Below are positions 1-9,804 of a stretch of 64,000 nt of DNA, in pieces. Numbering within the stretch: position 1 is the stretch's first letter; each line of letters opens with the position of its first letter. The notes beneath the pieces are model-generated. The model was not told where the DNA came from. It ran no database searches and saw only the letters and a list, made by a program, of their open reading frames with translations. The stretch spans positions 544,001-608,000 of the forward strand of contig CBDIIB010000003.1 of the NCBI GenBank assembly GCA_965279525.1, written 5' to 3'. A program made the translations under genes and the position numbers. The stretch comes from Tagaea sp. Its GTDB lineage: Bacteria; Pseudomonadota; Alphaproteobacteria; CACIAM-22H2.

Positions 1-150
1 ATGGACCTGATCGGGCTGCCCTGGCAGCTCGTCGTCGGTCCGCGCGGGATCGCCAACGGCAAGGTCGAGCTCAAGCGCCGGCGCACCGGCGAGCGCGTGG
101 AAATGTCGATCGACGAGGCGATGAACCGCCTGACCGCGTCGGCAGGCTGA
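1..150 (+). CDS. proS: Proline--tRNA ligase, C-terminal fragment (gene starts before the window)
   Basis: Frame 1 reads [32 protein letters not shown]...*, the ProRS anticodon-binding C-terminus; proS-lolC/E-lolD is the usual alphaproteobacterial order. Confidence 0.88.
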   Translation: MDLIGLPWQLVVGPRGIANGKVELKRRRTGERVEMSIDEAMNRLTASAG

Positions 151-164
151 GGGCGGGGACCGCG

Positions 165-1415
165 ATGGCCTGGTTCGACGCGTTCGAGCGCATGGTGGCG
201 CTTCGCTACCTGCGCTCGCGCCGGCAGGAAGGCTTCATCTCGGTCATCGCTTGGTTCTCGCTGGGCGGCATCGCACTGGGCGTGGCCACGCTCATCATCG
301 TCATGGCCGTGATGAACGGCTTCCGGGCCGAGCTGCTGGGCCGCATCCTCGGTCTCAACGGGCACATCACCGTCTACGGGCAGGGCGTGCCGCTCGAGGA
401 CTGGTCGAAGACAGCCGAGCGCATCCGCGCGTTGCCCGACGTGCTCGACGCCTCGCCGCTGATTGAAGGCCAGGTGATGGCCACGGCCAACAACGTGTCG
501 GGCGGCGCACTCGTGCGCGCGATCCGGCCCGAGGACCTCGCGCGCCGCACGCTGATCGTCTCGAACGTCAAGCGCGGTTCGCTCGCCGATTTCACGGGCG
601 ACGATGCCGCAATGATCGGGGCGCGCATGGCAAGCCGCATGGGCCTCAATGTCGGCGACCGGATCACGCTCATCTCGCCGCAGGGCAACGTGACCGCGTT
701 CGGCACGATGCCGCGCCTGCGTGCCTTCCGCGTGGCGGCGATCTTCGAGGTCGGCATGTTCGAGTACGACAACTCGTTCGTGTTCCTGCCGATGGAGGCG
801 GGCAGCGTCTTCTTCCGCACCGGCGACGACGTGACGGGCATCGAGGTGTTCGTCAAGGACCCGCAGCGCGTATGGCTGGCGCGCCGCGCCATACTGGAAG
901 CGGCCGGCCAGCCGGTGCGCACCTACGACTGGCAGCAGGCGAACTCCAGCTTCTTCAACGCCGTGCAGGTCGAGCGCAACGTCATGTTCCTGATCCTGAC
1001 GCTGATCATCCTCGTCGCGGCGTTCAACATCATCTCGTCGCTGATCATGCTGGTGAAGGACAAGACGCGCGACATCGCGATCCTGCGCACGATGGGTGCG
1101 TCGAGCGGCTCGATCCTGCGCATCTTCCTGATGGCCGGTGCCGCCGTCGGCGTGCTCGGCACGATGGGCGGGCTGGGGCTTGGCCTGCTCTTCAACGCCA
1201 ACATCGAATCGATCCGCCAGCTTCTGCAGACACTGACTGGCACGCAGCTCTTCTCGCCCGAGATCTATTTCCTCGCCCAGCTCCCGTCGAAGTCCGATCC
1301 GCGCGAGGTCGTCGAGGTCGTGGCGATGGCGCTGGGGCTCTCGTTCCTCGCGACGATCTATCCCGCCTGGCGTGCGGCCCGCCTCGATCCGGTGGAAGCG
1401 CTGCGCTATGAGTGA
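165..1415 (+). CDS. lolE: Lipoprotein-releasing ABC transporter permease LolC/E
   Basis: [30 protein letters not shown] and [18 protein letters not shown] motifs; hydrophobic TM segments. Confidence 0.93.
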   Translation: MAWFDAFERMVALRYLRSRRQEGFISVIAWFSLGGIALGVATLIIVMAVMNGFRAELLGRILGLNGHITVYGQGVPLEDWSKTAERIRALPDVLDASPLIEGQVMATANNVSGGALVRAIRPEDLARRTLIVSNVKRGSLADFTGDDAAMIGARMASRMGLNVGDRITLISPQGNVTAFGTMPRLRAFRVAAIFEVGMFEYDNSFVFLPMEAGSVFFRTGDDVTGIEVFVKDPQRVWLARRAILEAAGQPVRTYDWQQANSSFFNAVQVERNVMFLILTLIILVAAFNIISSLIMLVKDKTRDIAILRTMGASSGSILRIFLMAGAAVGVLGTMGGLGLGLLFNANIESIRQLLQTLTGTQLFSPEIYFLAQLPSKSDPREVVEVVAMALGLSFLATIYPAWRAARLDPVEALRYE

Positions 1416-2088
1416 ACCCGCCCTCGAGATCGTCGGACTGCACCGGCGCTTCCGCACGGCGGCGGGCGAACTGCACGTGCTGCGCGGGGCGGAGCTCCGG
1501 CTCATGCCCGGCGAGTGCGTGGCGCTGGTCGGCCCGTCGGGTGCGGGCAAGTCCACGCTGCTGCATTGTGCGGGCCTGCTCGAGCGCCCGGACGAGGGAC
1601 AGGTGCGCGTCGGCGGGCAGGATTGCGGGTCGATGCCGGAAGCCGGACGCACGCGCCAGCGCCTCACGTCGCTGGGCTTCGTCTACCAGTTCCACCATCT
1701 GCTGCCCGAATTCTCGGCGCTGGAAAACACCATGATGCCGCTGCTGATCGCCGGGCGGCCGCGCGCCGAGGCTGCCGCGCGCGCAAGCGAGCTTCTCGCG
1801 CGCGTCGGCCTTGCCGGGCGCGCGGACCACCGGCCCACACGGCTTTCGGGCGGCGAGCAGCAGCGCGTGGCGATCGTGCGTGCGGTCGCCAATTCCCCGC
1901 GCGTGCTGCTGGCCGACGAGCCGACCGGCAATCTCGACCCGCGCACCGCCGACGGCGTGTTCGGCGAACTGATGGCGCTCGTGCGCAACACGGGCCTTGC
2001 TGCCCTCGTCGCGACGCACAACCCCGAGATCGCGGCCCGCATGGACCGCACGCTCGTCCTGAAGGACGGATTGCTGTCGCAGGCTTGA
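1408..2088 (+). CDS. lolD: Lipoprotein-releasing ABC transporter ATP-binding protein
   Basis: Walker [44 protein letters not shown]; ATG overlaps the lolC/E stop. Confidence 0.93.
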   Translation: MSEPALEIVGLHRRFRTAAGELHVLRGAELRLMPGECVALVGPSGAGKSTLLHCAGLLERPDEGQVRVGGQDCGSMPEAGRTRQRLTSLGFVYQFHHLLPEFSALENTMMPLLIAGRPRAEAAARASELLARVGLAGRADHRPTRLSGGEQQRVAIVRAVANSPRVLLADEPTGNLDPRTADGVFGELMALVRNTGLAALVATHNPEIAARMDRTLVLKDGLLSQA

Positions 2089-2159
2089 CGCGGACGCGCC
2101 GGACCGGAACACTGTCGGGAAGGCTTGCGACTCGGGGACCCAAGGAATTGCAAAACGCA

Positions 2160-2735
2160 ATGCGCACCGTATTGATCTCGACCGTTCTCGCCCTTGCACT
2201 GGGTGCCTGCGGCATCGTCGGCGGAAGCCAGACGGCGTCGACGGGCAGCCAGCAGGGCGGCGGTTCGGGTGGCAATGCCACGCCGGGACCTGGCTTCACC
2301 AAGTTCTCCGACATCCCGATGCCGGCAAACAATACGATCGATCTCGAGCGCTCGCTGATCCTGGGCGGCGACCAGCAATGGACGGGCCGGCTCGTGATCA
2401 ATTCGGGCAGCTCTGTCGCCGACATGTACGAGTTCTACCGCCGCGAAATGCCGAATTTCGGCTGGCAGGAAGTTACGACCGTGCGCGCGGCAAACAGCGT
2501 GCTCGTCTTCCTTCAAGGCACGCGCGTGGCGACCGTCCAGATCGCGCCCAACCGCGGATTGCTGGGCGGTGCCACGGTTGATCTCACGATGGCGCCGCGC
2601 GGCGGGGCCGTCCCGAACCAGCGCAGCACGATCGAACCGGAAAACGCGCCGCAGCAGGCCAACCGGTCCGCACCGCCGTTGCCGGCCGTGCGCCGGCCAG
2701 GCGTGGAAAGCAATCCGCTTCCCGTCACGCGCTGA
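2160..2735 (+). CDS. Uncharacterised lipoprotein
   Basis: Signal peptide MRTVLISTVLALALGAC with lipobox LGAC, Gly/Ser linker, globular domain (FSDIPMP...FYRREMPNFGW), Pro-rich tail. Confidence 0.75.
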   Translation: MRTVLISTVLALALGACGIVGGSQTASTGSQQGGGSGGNATPGPGFTKFSDIPMPANNTIDLERSLILGGDQQWTGRLVINSGSSVADMYEFYRREMPNFGWQEVTTVRAANSVLVFLQGTRVATVQIAPNRGLLGGATVDLTMAPRGGAVPNQRSTIEPENAPQQANRSAPPLPAVRRPGVESNPLPVTR

Positions 2736-2742
2736 GTTCCCC

Positions 2743-3495
2743 TTGGCGTTCTGCACCGACGACGCGCTTGCCTATGCGTCTTCGCGCCATCCGTTCGGGC
2801 CGGGGCAGTCCCTGGAACTGGGTGCCGACTACCGGCTTGCCCATCTGCCGCTCGTTGCGCCGGGACATACGCAAGCGATCCGGTCCGTCGAGGGGCGCGA
2901 CTATGTCGACGGGCGCTATGCCGCCGCGCGCGACGCGCTGGCCGTCGATCTGCCGGCCGAAGCGCTCGAAGCGGCCGCGCCCTATCGCGAACTCGAGGCC
3001 GAGATGCGCGCGAGCCGCTTCGCGGCGAAGGTCGCCTGGGATCTCGGCGCGCGGCGCCGCGATGTGCTGCACGCCACGCTGGCCGGTCCGATCGATGCGG
3101 CGGTGGCCGCACGCTGTGCCGACGAGACCGCGCGTTTCCTGAAAACCCATGGTGCGGTTTCGTTCCGGCTTGGCGGGCCGTTCGTCGGCAACCGCAACCA
3201 CGGGCGCATCTACCTGCCGATCTATCCGCAGACGATCGCCGGCGACGACGCGTTCGGCGCGCTGCAGACGGCCTGCGGGCGGCCGCGCTCGCGCTTCTAC
3301 GCGGTGGGCATGTGGCATCTGCGCGACGGCCTCGATGCCGCCGAAGCTTCGGCACTCGGTGCGCTTGTGGATAAGTGGTGGGGACGGGAAATCCTGCGGA
3401 TCGATGCCGCGCGTTTCGGGATCCTCAGCGTGCACGACGACCTCGCGCTGGACGGCGCAACTTGGCGCTGGATCGACTCGCGCGATTGCCCCTAG
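2743..3495 (+). CDS. Hypothetical protein, possible 2H-phosphoesterase-like fold
   Basis: Open frame with GC3-rich codons filling the gap between the lipoprotein and dnaE; probable TTG start (uncertain); one LHATL (HxT) motif. Confidence 0.65.
   Translation: MAFCTDDALAYASSRHPFGPGQSLELGADYRLAHLPLVAPGHTQAIRSVEGRDYVDGRYAAARDALAVDLPAEALEAAAPYRELEAEMRASRFAAKVAWDLGARRRDVLHATLAGPIDAAVAARCADETARFLKTHGAVSFRLGGPFVGNRNHGRIYLPIYPQTIAGDDAFGALQTACGRPRSRFYAVGMWHLRDGLDAAEASALGALVDKWWGREILRIDAARFGILSVHDDLALDGATWRWIDSRDCP
3366..3374 (-). promoter_or_regulatory. DnaA box (TTATCCACA on minus strand) about 135 nt upstream of dnaE
   Basis: TGTGGATAA on the plus strand, a perfect consensus match. Confidence 0.5.
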
Positions 3496-3508
3496 GCTGG
3501 CCGCCGCC

Positions 3509-6500
3509 ATGCCCCATGCCGATTTCGTCCACCTGCGCGTCCACTCGGCCTATTCGCTTTCCGAGGGTGCCATCAAGATCAAGAAGCTGGTCGAGCTTGC
3601 GGGCAAGAACCGCATGCCGGCGGTGGCGATCGCGGATACCGGCAACCTGTTCGGGGCCCTCGAATTCTCGTCCGCCGCCGTCGACGCGGGCATCCAGCCG
3701 ATCATCGGCTGCAATCTCGGCATCCGGCGCGAGGCCGACGGCGGGGTCAACCGAAACGGCCGCAACCCCGAGCCCGACCGGCTGCTGTTCCTCGTGCAGG
3801 ACGAGAAGGGCTGGGCGAACCTTTCGTGGCTGTCGAGCCGCGCCTATCTCGACACGCCGAGCGGCGAGACGCCGCAGGTCGGCCTCGATCAGGTGGAGGC
3901 GCACGCCGAAGGCCTGCTGTGCCTGCTCGGCAATGTCGCCGGCCCGGTCGGGCGGCTGATCCTCGAAGGCCAGAACGCGGCGGCGGACGCCGTGCTCGAC
4001 CGGCTGACGCGTGCCTTTCCCGGCCGGCTCTATGTGGAACTCCAGCGCACCGGCCTGCCCGAGCAGGCGAAGATCGAAGCCGCACTCGTCGATCTTGCCT
4101 ATGCGCGCGACCTGCCGCTGGTCGCCACGAACGACGTGTTCTTCGCCGACGAGACGATGTCGGATGCGCACGATGCGCTGCTGTGCATCGCGGCGGGCCG
4201 CTATGTGGCCGATGCCGAGCGGCGCCGCTCGTCTCCCGGCTGCCGTTTCCGCACCGCCGCGGAGATGCGCGAGCTGTTCGCCGACCTTCCCGAGGCGGTC
4301 GACAACACGCTGACCGTCGCGCGCCGCTGCGCGTTCTGGGTCGGCGGGCGCAAGCCGATCCTGCCGGCATCCACGCGCGCCAAGGACAGTTCGGAGGCTG
4401 ACGCGCTTCGCGAACTCGCGCGCGCCGGGCTCGAACGGCGCATCGCCGAGACGGGCATCGCCGATGCGGTACCCTATCGCGAGCGGCTCGAGTTCGAGGC
4501 CGACGTCATCGTCAAGATGGGCTTTCCCGGCTATTTCCTGATCGTCGCGGACTTCATCCAATGGGCCAAGGCGCGCGGCATTCCCGTCGGCCCGGGCCGC
4601 GGCTCGGGCGCCGGTTCCGTCGTCGCGTGGGCGCTGACGATCACGGATCTCGATCCGCTGCGCTTCGGGCTGCTGTTCGAGCGCTTCCTCAATCCCGAAC
4701 GCGTGTCGATGCCCGACTTCGACATCGATTTCTGCCAGGACCGGCGCGACGAAGTGATCCGCTACGTGCAGGAAGCCTACGGCAACGACCGCGTGGCGCA
4801 GATCATCACGTTCGGAAAGCTGCAGGCGCGCGCGGTGCTGCGCGACGTGGGCCGCGTGCTCGGCATGCCCTACGGCCAGGTCGACCGCATCTGCAAGCTG
4901 GTGCCGAACAACCCGGCAGCACCCGTCACGCTCCAGCAGGCGATCGACGGCGAAAAGGTGCTGCAGGAGATGGTCAAGACCGACGAGGCGGTGGCCCGTC
5001 TCGTCGAGATCGCGCTGCACCTCGAAGGCCTCTACCGCCACGCCTCGACGCATGCGGCGGGTCTGGTGATCGCCGACCGGCCGCTGGAAGAGCTGGTCCC
5101 GCTCTACCGCGATCCGCGCTCGAACATGCCGGTCACGCAGTTCAACATGAAGGATGTCGAGAAGGCGGGACTGGTCAAGTTCGACTTCCTCGGCCTGAAG
5201 ACGCTGACCGTGCTGCAACGCGCGGTCGAGCTGATCGCGCGCAAGGGGGCGACAGTCGACATCGCGCACCTGCCGCTCGACGACAAGAGAACCTACGAAA
5301 TGCTCGCGCGCGGCGAGACGTCGGGCGTGTTCCAGCTTGAAAGCACGGGCATGCGCGACGCGGTGCGCCGCCTTCGCCCCGACCGGATCGAGGACATCAT
5401 CGCGCTCGTGGCGCTCTACCGCCCGGGGCCGATGGAGAACATCCCGAAATACATTTCCGTCAAGCAGGGGGCGGAGAAGCCGGACTATCTGCATCCCTCG
5501 CTCGAAGGCATCCTCAAGGAAACCTACGGCGTCATCATCTACCAGGAACAGGTGATGCAGATCGCGCAGGTGCTGTCCGGCTATTCGCTGGGCTCGGCCG
5601 ACCTCTTGCGCCGCGCCATGGGCAAGAAGATCAAGGAGGAGATGGAGGCCCAGCGCAAAAGCTTCGTCGACGGCGCCATCGCCAACGGCGTGGATTCCGG
5701 CAAGGCCTCGCAGATATTCGATCTCGTCGACAAGTTCGCCGGCTACGGCTTCAACAAGAGCCATGCGGCTGCCTATGCGATCGTCGCCTACCAGACCGCG
5801 TGGCTGAAAGCCAACCATCCGGTCGAGTTCTTCGCAGCGTCGATGACGCTCGACATCTCGAACACCGACAAGCTCAACCAGTTCCGCCAGGAAGTGGACC
5901 GGCTCGGCTACAAGACGCTGCCGCCGGACATCAACAGGTCGGAAGCCGTGTTCACGGTCGAGTATCCCGATGGACCGGCGGGCAAGGGCTGCGTGCGCTA
6001 CGCGCTGGCGGCGGTACGAAACGTGGGGCTCGCCGCGATGGAAACGGTGGTCGCCGAGCGCAAGGAAAACGGGCCCTTCAAGTCGCTGTTCGATTTCGCG
6101 CGCCGGGTCGATTCCAAGCAGGTCAACAAGCGCCAGCTCGAGAACCTCGCCAAGGCGGGTGCCTTCGACGGGCTGGAGCCCAACCGGGCGCGCGTGCTTG
6201 CCGCGATCGAGACGATCCTGCGCCTGGCGCAGTCGGCGGCGGAAGAGCGCGTGACCAACCAGATGAACATCTTCGGCGGACCGTCGGGCGGCAAGGTCGC
6301 CGATCCGCCGATGCCGCAGGTCGCCGACATGAAGCTGCACGAGCGCCTGCAGGCCGAGTTCGAGAGCGTGGGCTTCTATCTGACGGCGCATCCGCTCGAT
6401 GCCTATGCGGTGGGGCTGAAGCGCCTCGGCGTCGTGCGCTCGATCGACATCGCGCGCTCGCTCGCGGCGGGGGCCTCGAGCCGGGTCAAGCTTGCTGGCA

Positions 6501-6961
6501 CGGTGCTCGGCTTCAAGGAGCGCACGTCGGCCAAGGGCAACCGCTTCGCGTTCGTGCAGATGTCGGATGCCGGCGGCACGTTCGAGGTGATGCTGTTCTC
6601 GGAAATCCTGGCGAAGTCGCGCGAGCTTCTCGCCTCCAACCGTCCGCTGCTCGTATCGGCCGACGCGCGGGTGGAGGAGGAGAACGTCAAGCTGCTCGCC
6701 TCCGACATCCGCCCGCTCGACGAGGCGGTCGCCAACGCCGCGTCGGGCCTGCGCGTTTCGCTGGCGGATGCGGGGGCGCTCGCCGGTCTCAAATCGGCGA
6801 TCGGCAAGGCCGCGAAGGGGCGGGGTGCGATCCGCATCCAGCTGCAGACGGGCCCCGGCGAGGAAGTCGACGTGCGGCTCAAGGAAAGCTACGCGATCAC
6901 GCCGGAAATCCGGCGCGCGCTCGGCGACGTGCCGGGCATTCTCGAGGTCGTCGAGATCTGA
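3509..6961 (+). CDS. dnaE: DNA polymerase III alpha subunit
   Basis: PHP domain FVHLRVHSAYSL, GPGRGSGAGS, SMPDFDIDF, KFDFLGLKTL, YGFNKSHAAAY; about 1150 aa, no intein. Confidence 0.97.
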   Translation: MPHADFVHLRVHSAYSLSEGAIKIKKLVELAGKNRMPAVAIADTGNLFGALEFSSAAVDAGIQPIIGCNLGIRREADGGVNRNGRNPEPDRLLFLVQDEKGWANLSWLSSRAYLDTPSGETPQVGLDQVEAHAEGLLCLLGNVAGPVGRLILEGQNAAADAVLDRLTRAFPGRLYVELQRTGLPEQAKIEAALVDLAYARDLPLVATNDVFFADETMSDAHDALLCIAAGRYVADAERRRSSPGCRFRTAAEMRELFADLPEAVDNTLTVARRCAFWVGGRKPILPASTRAKDSSEADALRELARAGLERRIAETGIADAVPYRERLEFEADVIVKMGFPGYFLIVADFIQWAKARGIPVGPGRGSGAGSVVAWALTITDLDPLRFGLLFERFLNPERVSMPDFDIDFCQDRRDEVIRYVQEAYGNDRVAQIITFGKLQARAVLRDVGRVLGMPYGQVDRICKLVPNNPAAPVTLQQAIDGEKVLQEMVKTDEAVARLVEIALHLEGLYRHASTHAAGLVIADRPLEELVPLYRDPRSNMPVTQFNMKDVEKAGLVKFDFLGLKTLTVLQRAVELIARKGATVDIAHLPLDDKRTYEMLARGETSGVFQLESTGMRDAVRRLRPDRIEDIIALVALYRPGPMENIPKYISVKQGAEKPDYLHPSLEGILKETYGVIIYQEQVMQIAQVLSGYSLGSADLLRRAMGKKIKEEMEAQRKSFVDGAIANGVDSGKASQIFDLVDKFAGYGFNKSHAAAYAIVAYQTAWLKANHPVEFFAASMTLDISNTDKLNQFRQEVDRLGYKTLPPDINRSEAVFTVEYPDGPAGKGCVRYALAAVRNVGLAAMETVVAERKENGPFKSLFDFARRVDSKQVNKRQLENLAKAGAFDGLEPNRARVLAAIETILRLAQSAAEERVTNQMNIFGGPSGGKVADPPMPQVADMKLHERLQAEFESVGFYLTAHPLDAYAVGLKRLGVVRSIDIARSLAAGASSRVKLAGTVLGFKERTSAKGNRFAFVQMSDAGGTFEVMLFSEILAKSRELLASNRPLLVSADARVEEENVKLLASDIRPLDEAVANAASGLRVSLADAGALAGLKSAIGKAAKGRGAIRIQLQTGPGEEVDVRLKESYAITPEIRRALGDVPGILEVVEI

Positions 6962-7075
6962 CCGGCGGCGCCGGATTTAGACGATGACTATTTAAGCGGA
7001 ATTGGTAAAGTGATACCCCGAATCGGGCAGGGGCCGTCGCGCAACGCGGGGTCTGCCGCAACGCCGCAGGACCGG

Positions 7076-7888
7076 ATGCCGTCGTCGCCATTGCAGAGCC
7101 GACTTGCCGAAGCGTCCGCGCTGTCGGACGTGCCGGACGGGGTATGGGCCTTCCTGCGCGCAGAACTGGACGAGGCGGTCTTCGGCGAGTTCGGCGAGCA
7201 TGCGCGCGTCGGCTTTACCGACACGCTCGTCGCCTGCGCGTTCGCGCGCCTCCTCGGGCATGTCGTGCGCGCACTGCCGGTGGCCGCGATCGTCGAGCAC
7301 GACCGGCAGGGCCCGGTGATGGTCGTCGGGCAGGTGGATGTCGAAACACTCGCCACAATCGAGGCGAGCCGGCTGGCGGTGTGCGATCCTGCCCTGGGCA
7401 TCCAGGGTGCGCGCGCATCGATCGGGAAGGTCGACTGGGCGGCGTTCCTGCGCACGCAGCGCCAGCTCCAGACGCCGCTGTTCCCGGATGGTGCCAGCCG
7501 CCATCTCGTCGTCGCCGCGCGCAACGCGATCTTCGACCCGGGACTGGGTGCACGGGTGCGCTGGCGCGTGCGCCTCTCGGCCGGCCAGCCGACGGTGGCG
7601 CCGTTGACGCGCGCCATCGGGCTGGCACGCGGCCGATGGATCATCGCGCACAAGGCCGGCATCGGCCCGTCGCTGTCATGCTTCTGGATGTCGACCGGCG
7701 AGCGGCCTATCCGGCGCGGCGATCCGGCGGCAGACCATCGCGCAGTCCGTCGCGCCGCCCGGCGCCTCGCGGACCGTTATCTGCGCGAAGACATCCCCGT
7801 CGAGCGGCCGCTTGCCGAGATTCTGGGCGCATTCGGATCGGAGCTGCGCGCCCTGTCGCGTGCGATGCCGCCGGAAAGCCGGGCGTGA
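7076..7888 (+). CDS. Hypothetical protein
   Basis: About 270-aa frame with GC3 bias, AGGA before the ATG at 7076 (upstream GTG at 7010 possible); stop lies 2 nt before the next ATG. Confidence 0.6.
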   Translation: MPSSPLQSRLAEASALSDVPDGVWAFLRAELDEAVFGEFGEHARVGFTDTLVACAFARLLGHVVRALPVAAIVEHDRQGPVMVVGQVDVETLATIEASRLAVCDPALGIQGARASIGKVDWAAFLRTQRQLQTPLFPDGASRHLVVAARNAIFDPGLGARVRWRVRLSAGQPTVAPLTRAIGLARGRWIIAHKAGIGPSLSCFWMSTGERPIRRGDPAADHRAVRRAARRLADRYLREDIPVERPLAEILGAFGSELRALSRAMPPESRA

Positions 7889-7890
7889 CG

Positions 7891-8970
7891 ATGCAGCCCG
7901 AATCCCTCATCCAGCGTCTCCAGTCGATCGTCGACCGGCTCGGTCCGGACCGGACGACCGACCGGCGCGAGGCGGTCGAGCATCTCGCCGAATTCGTCGC
8001 CGCGATCGCCGCCGACGGTCCGGCGACCCGGTTCCAGATCCTCGCAGTCGAGCTGGTCCGCGCCATCATCCGCGAGATCGAGGTCCCGCTGCGCCGGCTC
8101 ATCGCCGAGCGCATCGCGCACGAACCAGGCGTCGCACCGTCGGTCGTGCGCATCCTCGCCAACGACGACATCGACGTGGCATGGCCGATTCTCGCGCAGT
8201 CGCAGGCATTGGGCGAGGCCGACCTCGTCGCGATCGCCAACGCCAGCACGGCCGGCCACCGCACCGCGATCGCCGGACGCGCCGACGTGTCGCTTGCCGT
8301 CAGCCAGTGCCTGGCGAGCTTCGGCGAGCGCGAGGTCGTCAACACCCTCGTCGCCAACGACCGGGCGCGCATCTCGCGCGAGGCCTTCGCGATCATCGCC
8401 GATCTCGCGCGCGGCTGGCCCGAACTGCAAGCGCCGCTCAGCCAGCGCGAAGACCTGCCGGCGGTCATCGCCTACGAGATGCTGGGCTGGGTCGCGGAAG
8501 CTTTGCACGGCTTCCTATTCAAGCGCCTGTCGGTGGACGCGGACGCGCTGCGCAAGGTGATCGCCGAAGCGGCCGACGACGCGGCTGCGCGCATGGCCGA
8601 GGACGGGCATGCGTTCGCACTTCTCGACGGCATGCTCGGCAGCTGGGGGACGTGGGACGAGGACCGGCTCATCGGGTTCCTGCAGCTGGCGAAGGCAGGG
8701 CGTGCCGACCTGTTCGAAGTGGCACTCGCCCAATATTGCGGGGAACCGCTGCGCCTCGTGCGCAAGGCCTGCCGGACTGCCGACTTCGGCGAGCTTGCGG
8801 TCATGTGCCGTGCCCGGGAGATCGGCGACGTCACCTTCGCCGCGATCCTCGAAGCACTTGCCGCCGGCCGCGAAGGTGCCGATGCGGCAGTCGCCGAAGG
8901 GATGCGGGCATTCGAGACCGTGTCGGCGGGGCAGGCCCGCGCGATCCGGTCGATGCGACCGGACTATTGA
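7891..8970 (+). CDS. DUF2336 domain-containing protein
   Basis: LANDDIDVAWPILAQSQAL, HRTAIAGR, VVNTLVANDRARIS and LSQREDLP match the alphaproteobacterial DUF2336 pattern. Confidence 0.8.
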   Translation: MQPESLIQRLQSIVDRLGPDRTTDRREAVEHLAEFVAAIAADGPATRFQILAVELVRAIIREIEVPLRRLIAERIAHEPGVAPSVVRILANDDIDVAWPILAQSQALGEADLVAIANASTAGHRTAIAGRADVSLAVSQCLASFGEREVVNTLVANDRARISREAFAIIADLARGWPELQAPLSQREDLPAVIAYEMLGWVAEALHGFLFKRLSVDADALRKVIAEAADDAAARMAEDGHAFALLDGMLGSWGTWDEDRLIGFLQLAKAGRADLFEVALAQYCGEPLRLVRKACRTADFGELAVMCRAREIGDVTFAAILEALAAGREGADAAVAEGMRAFETVSAGQARAIRSMRPDY

Positions 8971-8990
8971 AGGCCGTGCGGCAGCGTCGA

Positions 8991-9019
8991 TGGACACTGT
9001 TGGGCACGGCAAGTATCGT
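8991..9019 (+). promoter_or_regulatory. Putative sigma70 promoter of the TetR gene
   Basis: TGGACA-N17-TATCGT. Confidence 0.4.
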
Positions 9020-9055
9020 CGGATGGCAGTCCTTGGTCGCAAGGCGGTGGGAGGA

Positions 9056-9727
9056 ATGAAGGCAGTACGCAACCGAAAGGCCGGCCGACCCGTCGGACGG
9101 CCGCCGGCCGAGTTCTCGGAAGACCTTCGCCGCAAGATCCTCGACGTCGCCGATGCGATGATCGAGCGCGACGGGCTCGAAGGTTTCGCGCTGCGCGAAT
9201 GCGCGCGGCGCGCGGGCATCTCGCATGGGGCGCCGGCGCACCATTTCGGCGACAAGACGGGCCTGCTCACCGAATTCGCGGCCGAAGCCTTCGACGATCT
9301 CGGCCGGGCGATCGACCGCCGCATGGCGCGCGCGGGCGGCGATTGCGTTCTCCGGCTGCGCGCGATGGCGGCGGCCTATATCGAGTTCGCGCTGGCCAAC
9401 CGCGCGAAGTTCCAGCTGATGTTCCGCGTCGACGTCGTCGACGGAACGTCACCGCGCCTGGCAGGTGCCCTGGAGGCGTGCCATGCGCGCATCTACGGCG
9501 CGATGACGGCGGCGCTGACGCAGAGCGGCCGGCTGATGGATCGGCGCACTATCGCGCGCATGACGCTTGCCTGGGCGTCGATCCACGGCTTTGCGGCACT
9601 CGCTCTCGACGGGGGCTTCGGCAGCCCGGTCTGGCCGAAGGCGCCGGCGCGCCCGGCCGGCGGCCGGCTCGTGCAGGAACTGCTCGACGGGGTGCTCGAC
9701 GAGATGTGCAAGGTGTTGGCGGGCTGA
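9056..9727 (+). CDS. TetR/AcrR family regulator with WHG-type C-terminal domain
   Basis: HTH LRECARRAGISHGAPAHHFGDKTGLL; AYIEFA...FQLMF; AWASIHGFAAL; GGAGG RBS. Confidence 0.88.
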   Translation: MKAVRNRKAGRPVGRPPAEFSEDLRRKILDVADAMIERDGLEGFALRECARRAGISHGAPAHHFGDKTGLLTEFAAEAFDDLGRAIDRRMARAGGDCVLRLRAMAAAYIEFALANRAKFQLMFRVDVVDGTSPRLAGALEACHARIYGAMTAALTQSGRLMDRRTIARMTLAWASIHGFAALALDGGFGSPVWPKAPARPAGGRLVQELLDGVLDEMCKVLAG

Positions 9728-9804
9728 GCCGGCCGGCGAAGGCGGCGGTTTGCCGTCCGCGTCTTTCGGGCTAAGGTTCGGGCTCGCGTACGGAGGATGC
9801 ACGG

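Noticed and set aside
3425-6391. 988-aa antisense ORF over dnaE, and similar long shadow ORFs over rpsB-tsf, pdh and the kinases
   Set aside because: Typical artefacts of high GC3 codon bias; no recognisable motifs or RBS, and fully overlapping well-supported genes
3509-6961. Possible intein or split in dnaE
   Set aside because: Length is normal (about 1150 aa) and the motifs are contiguous
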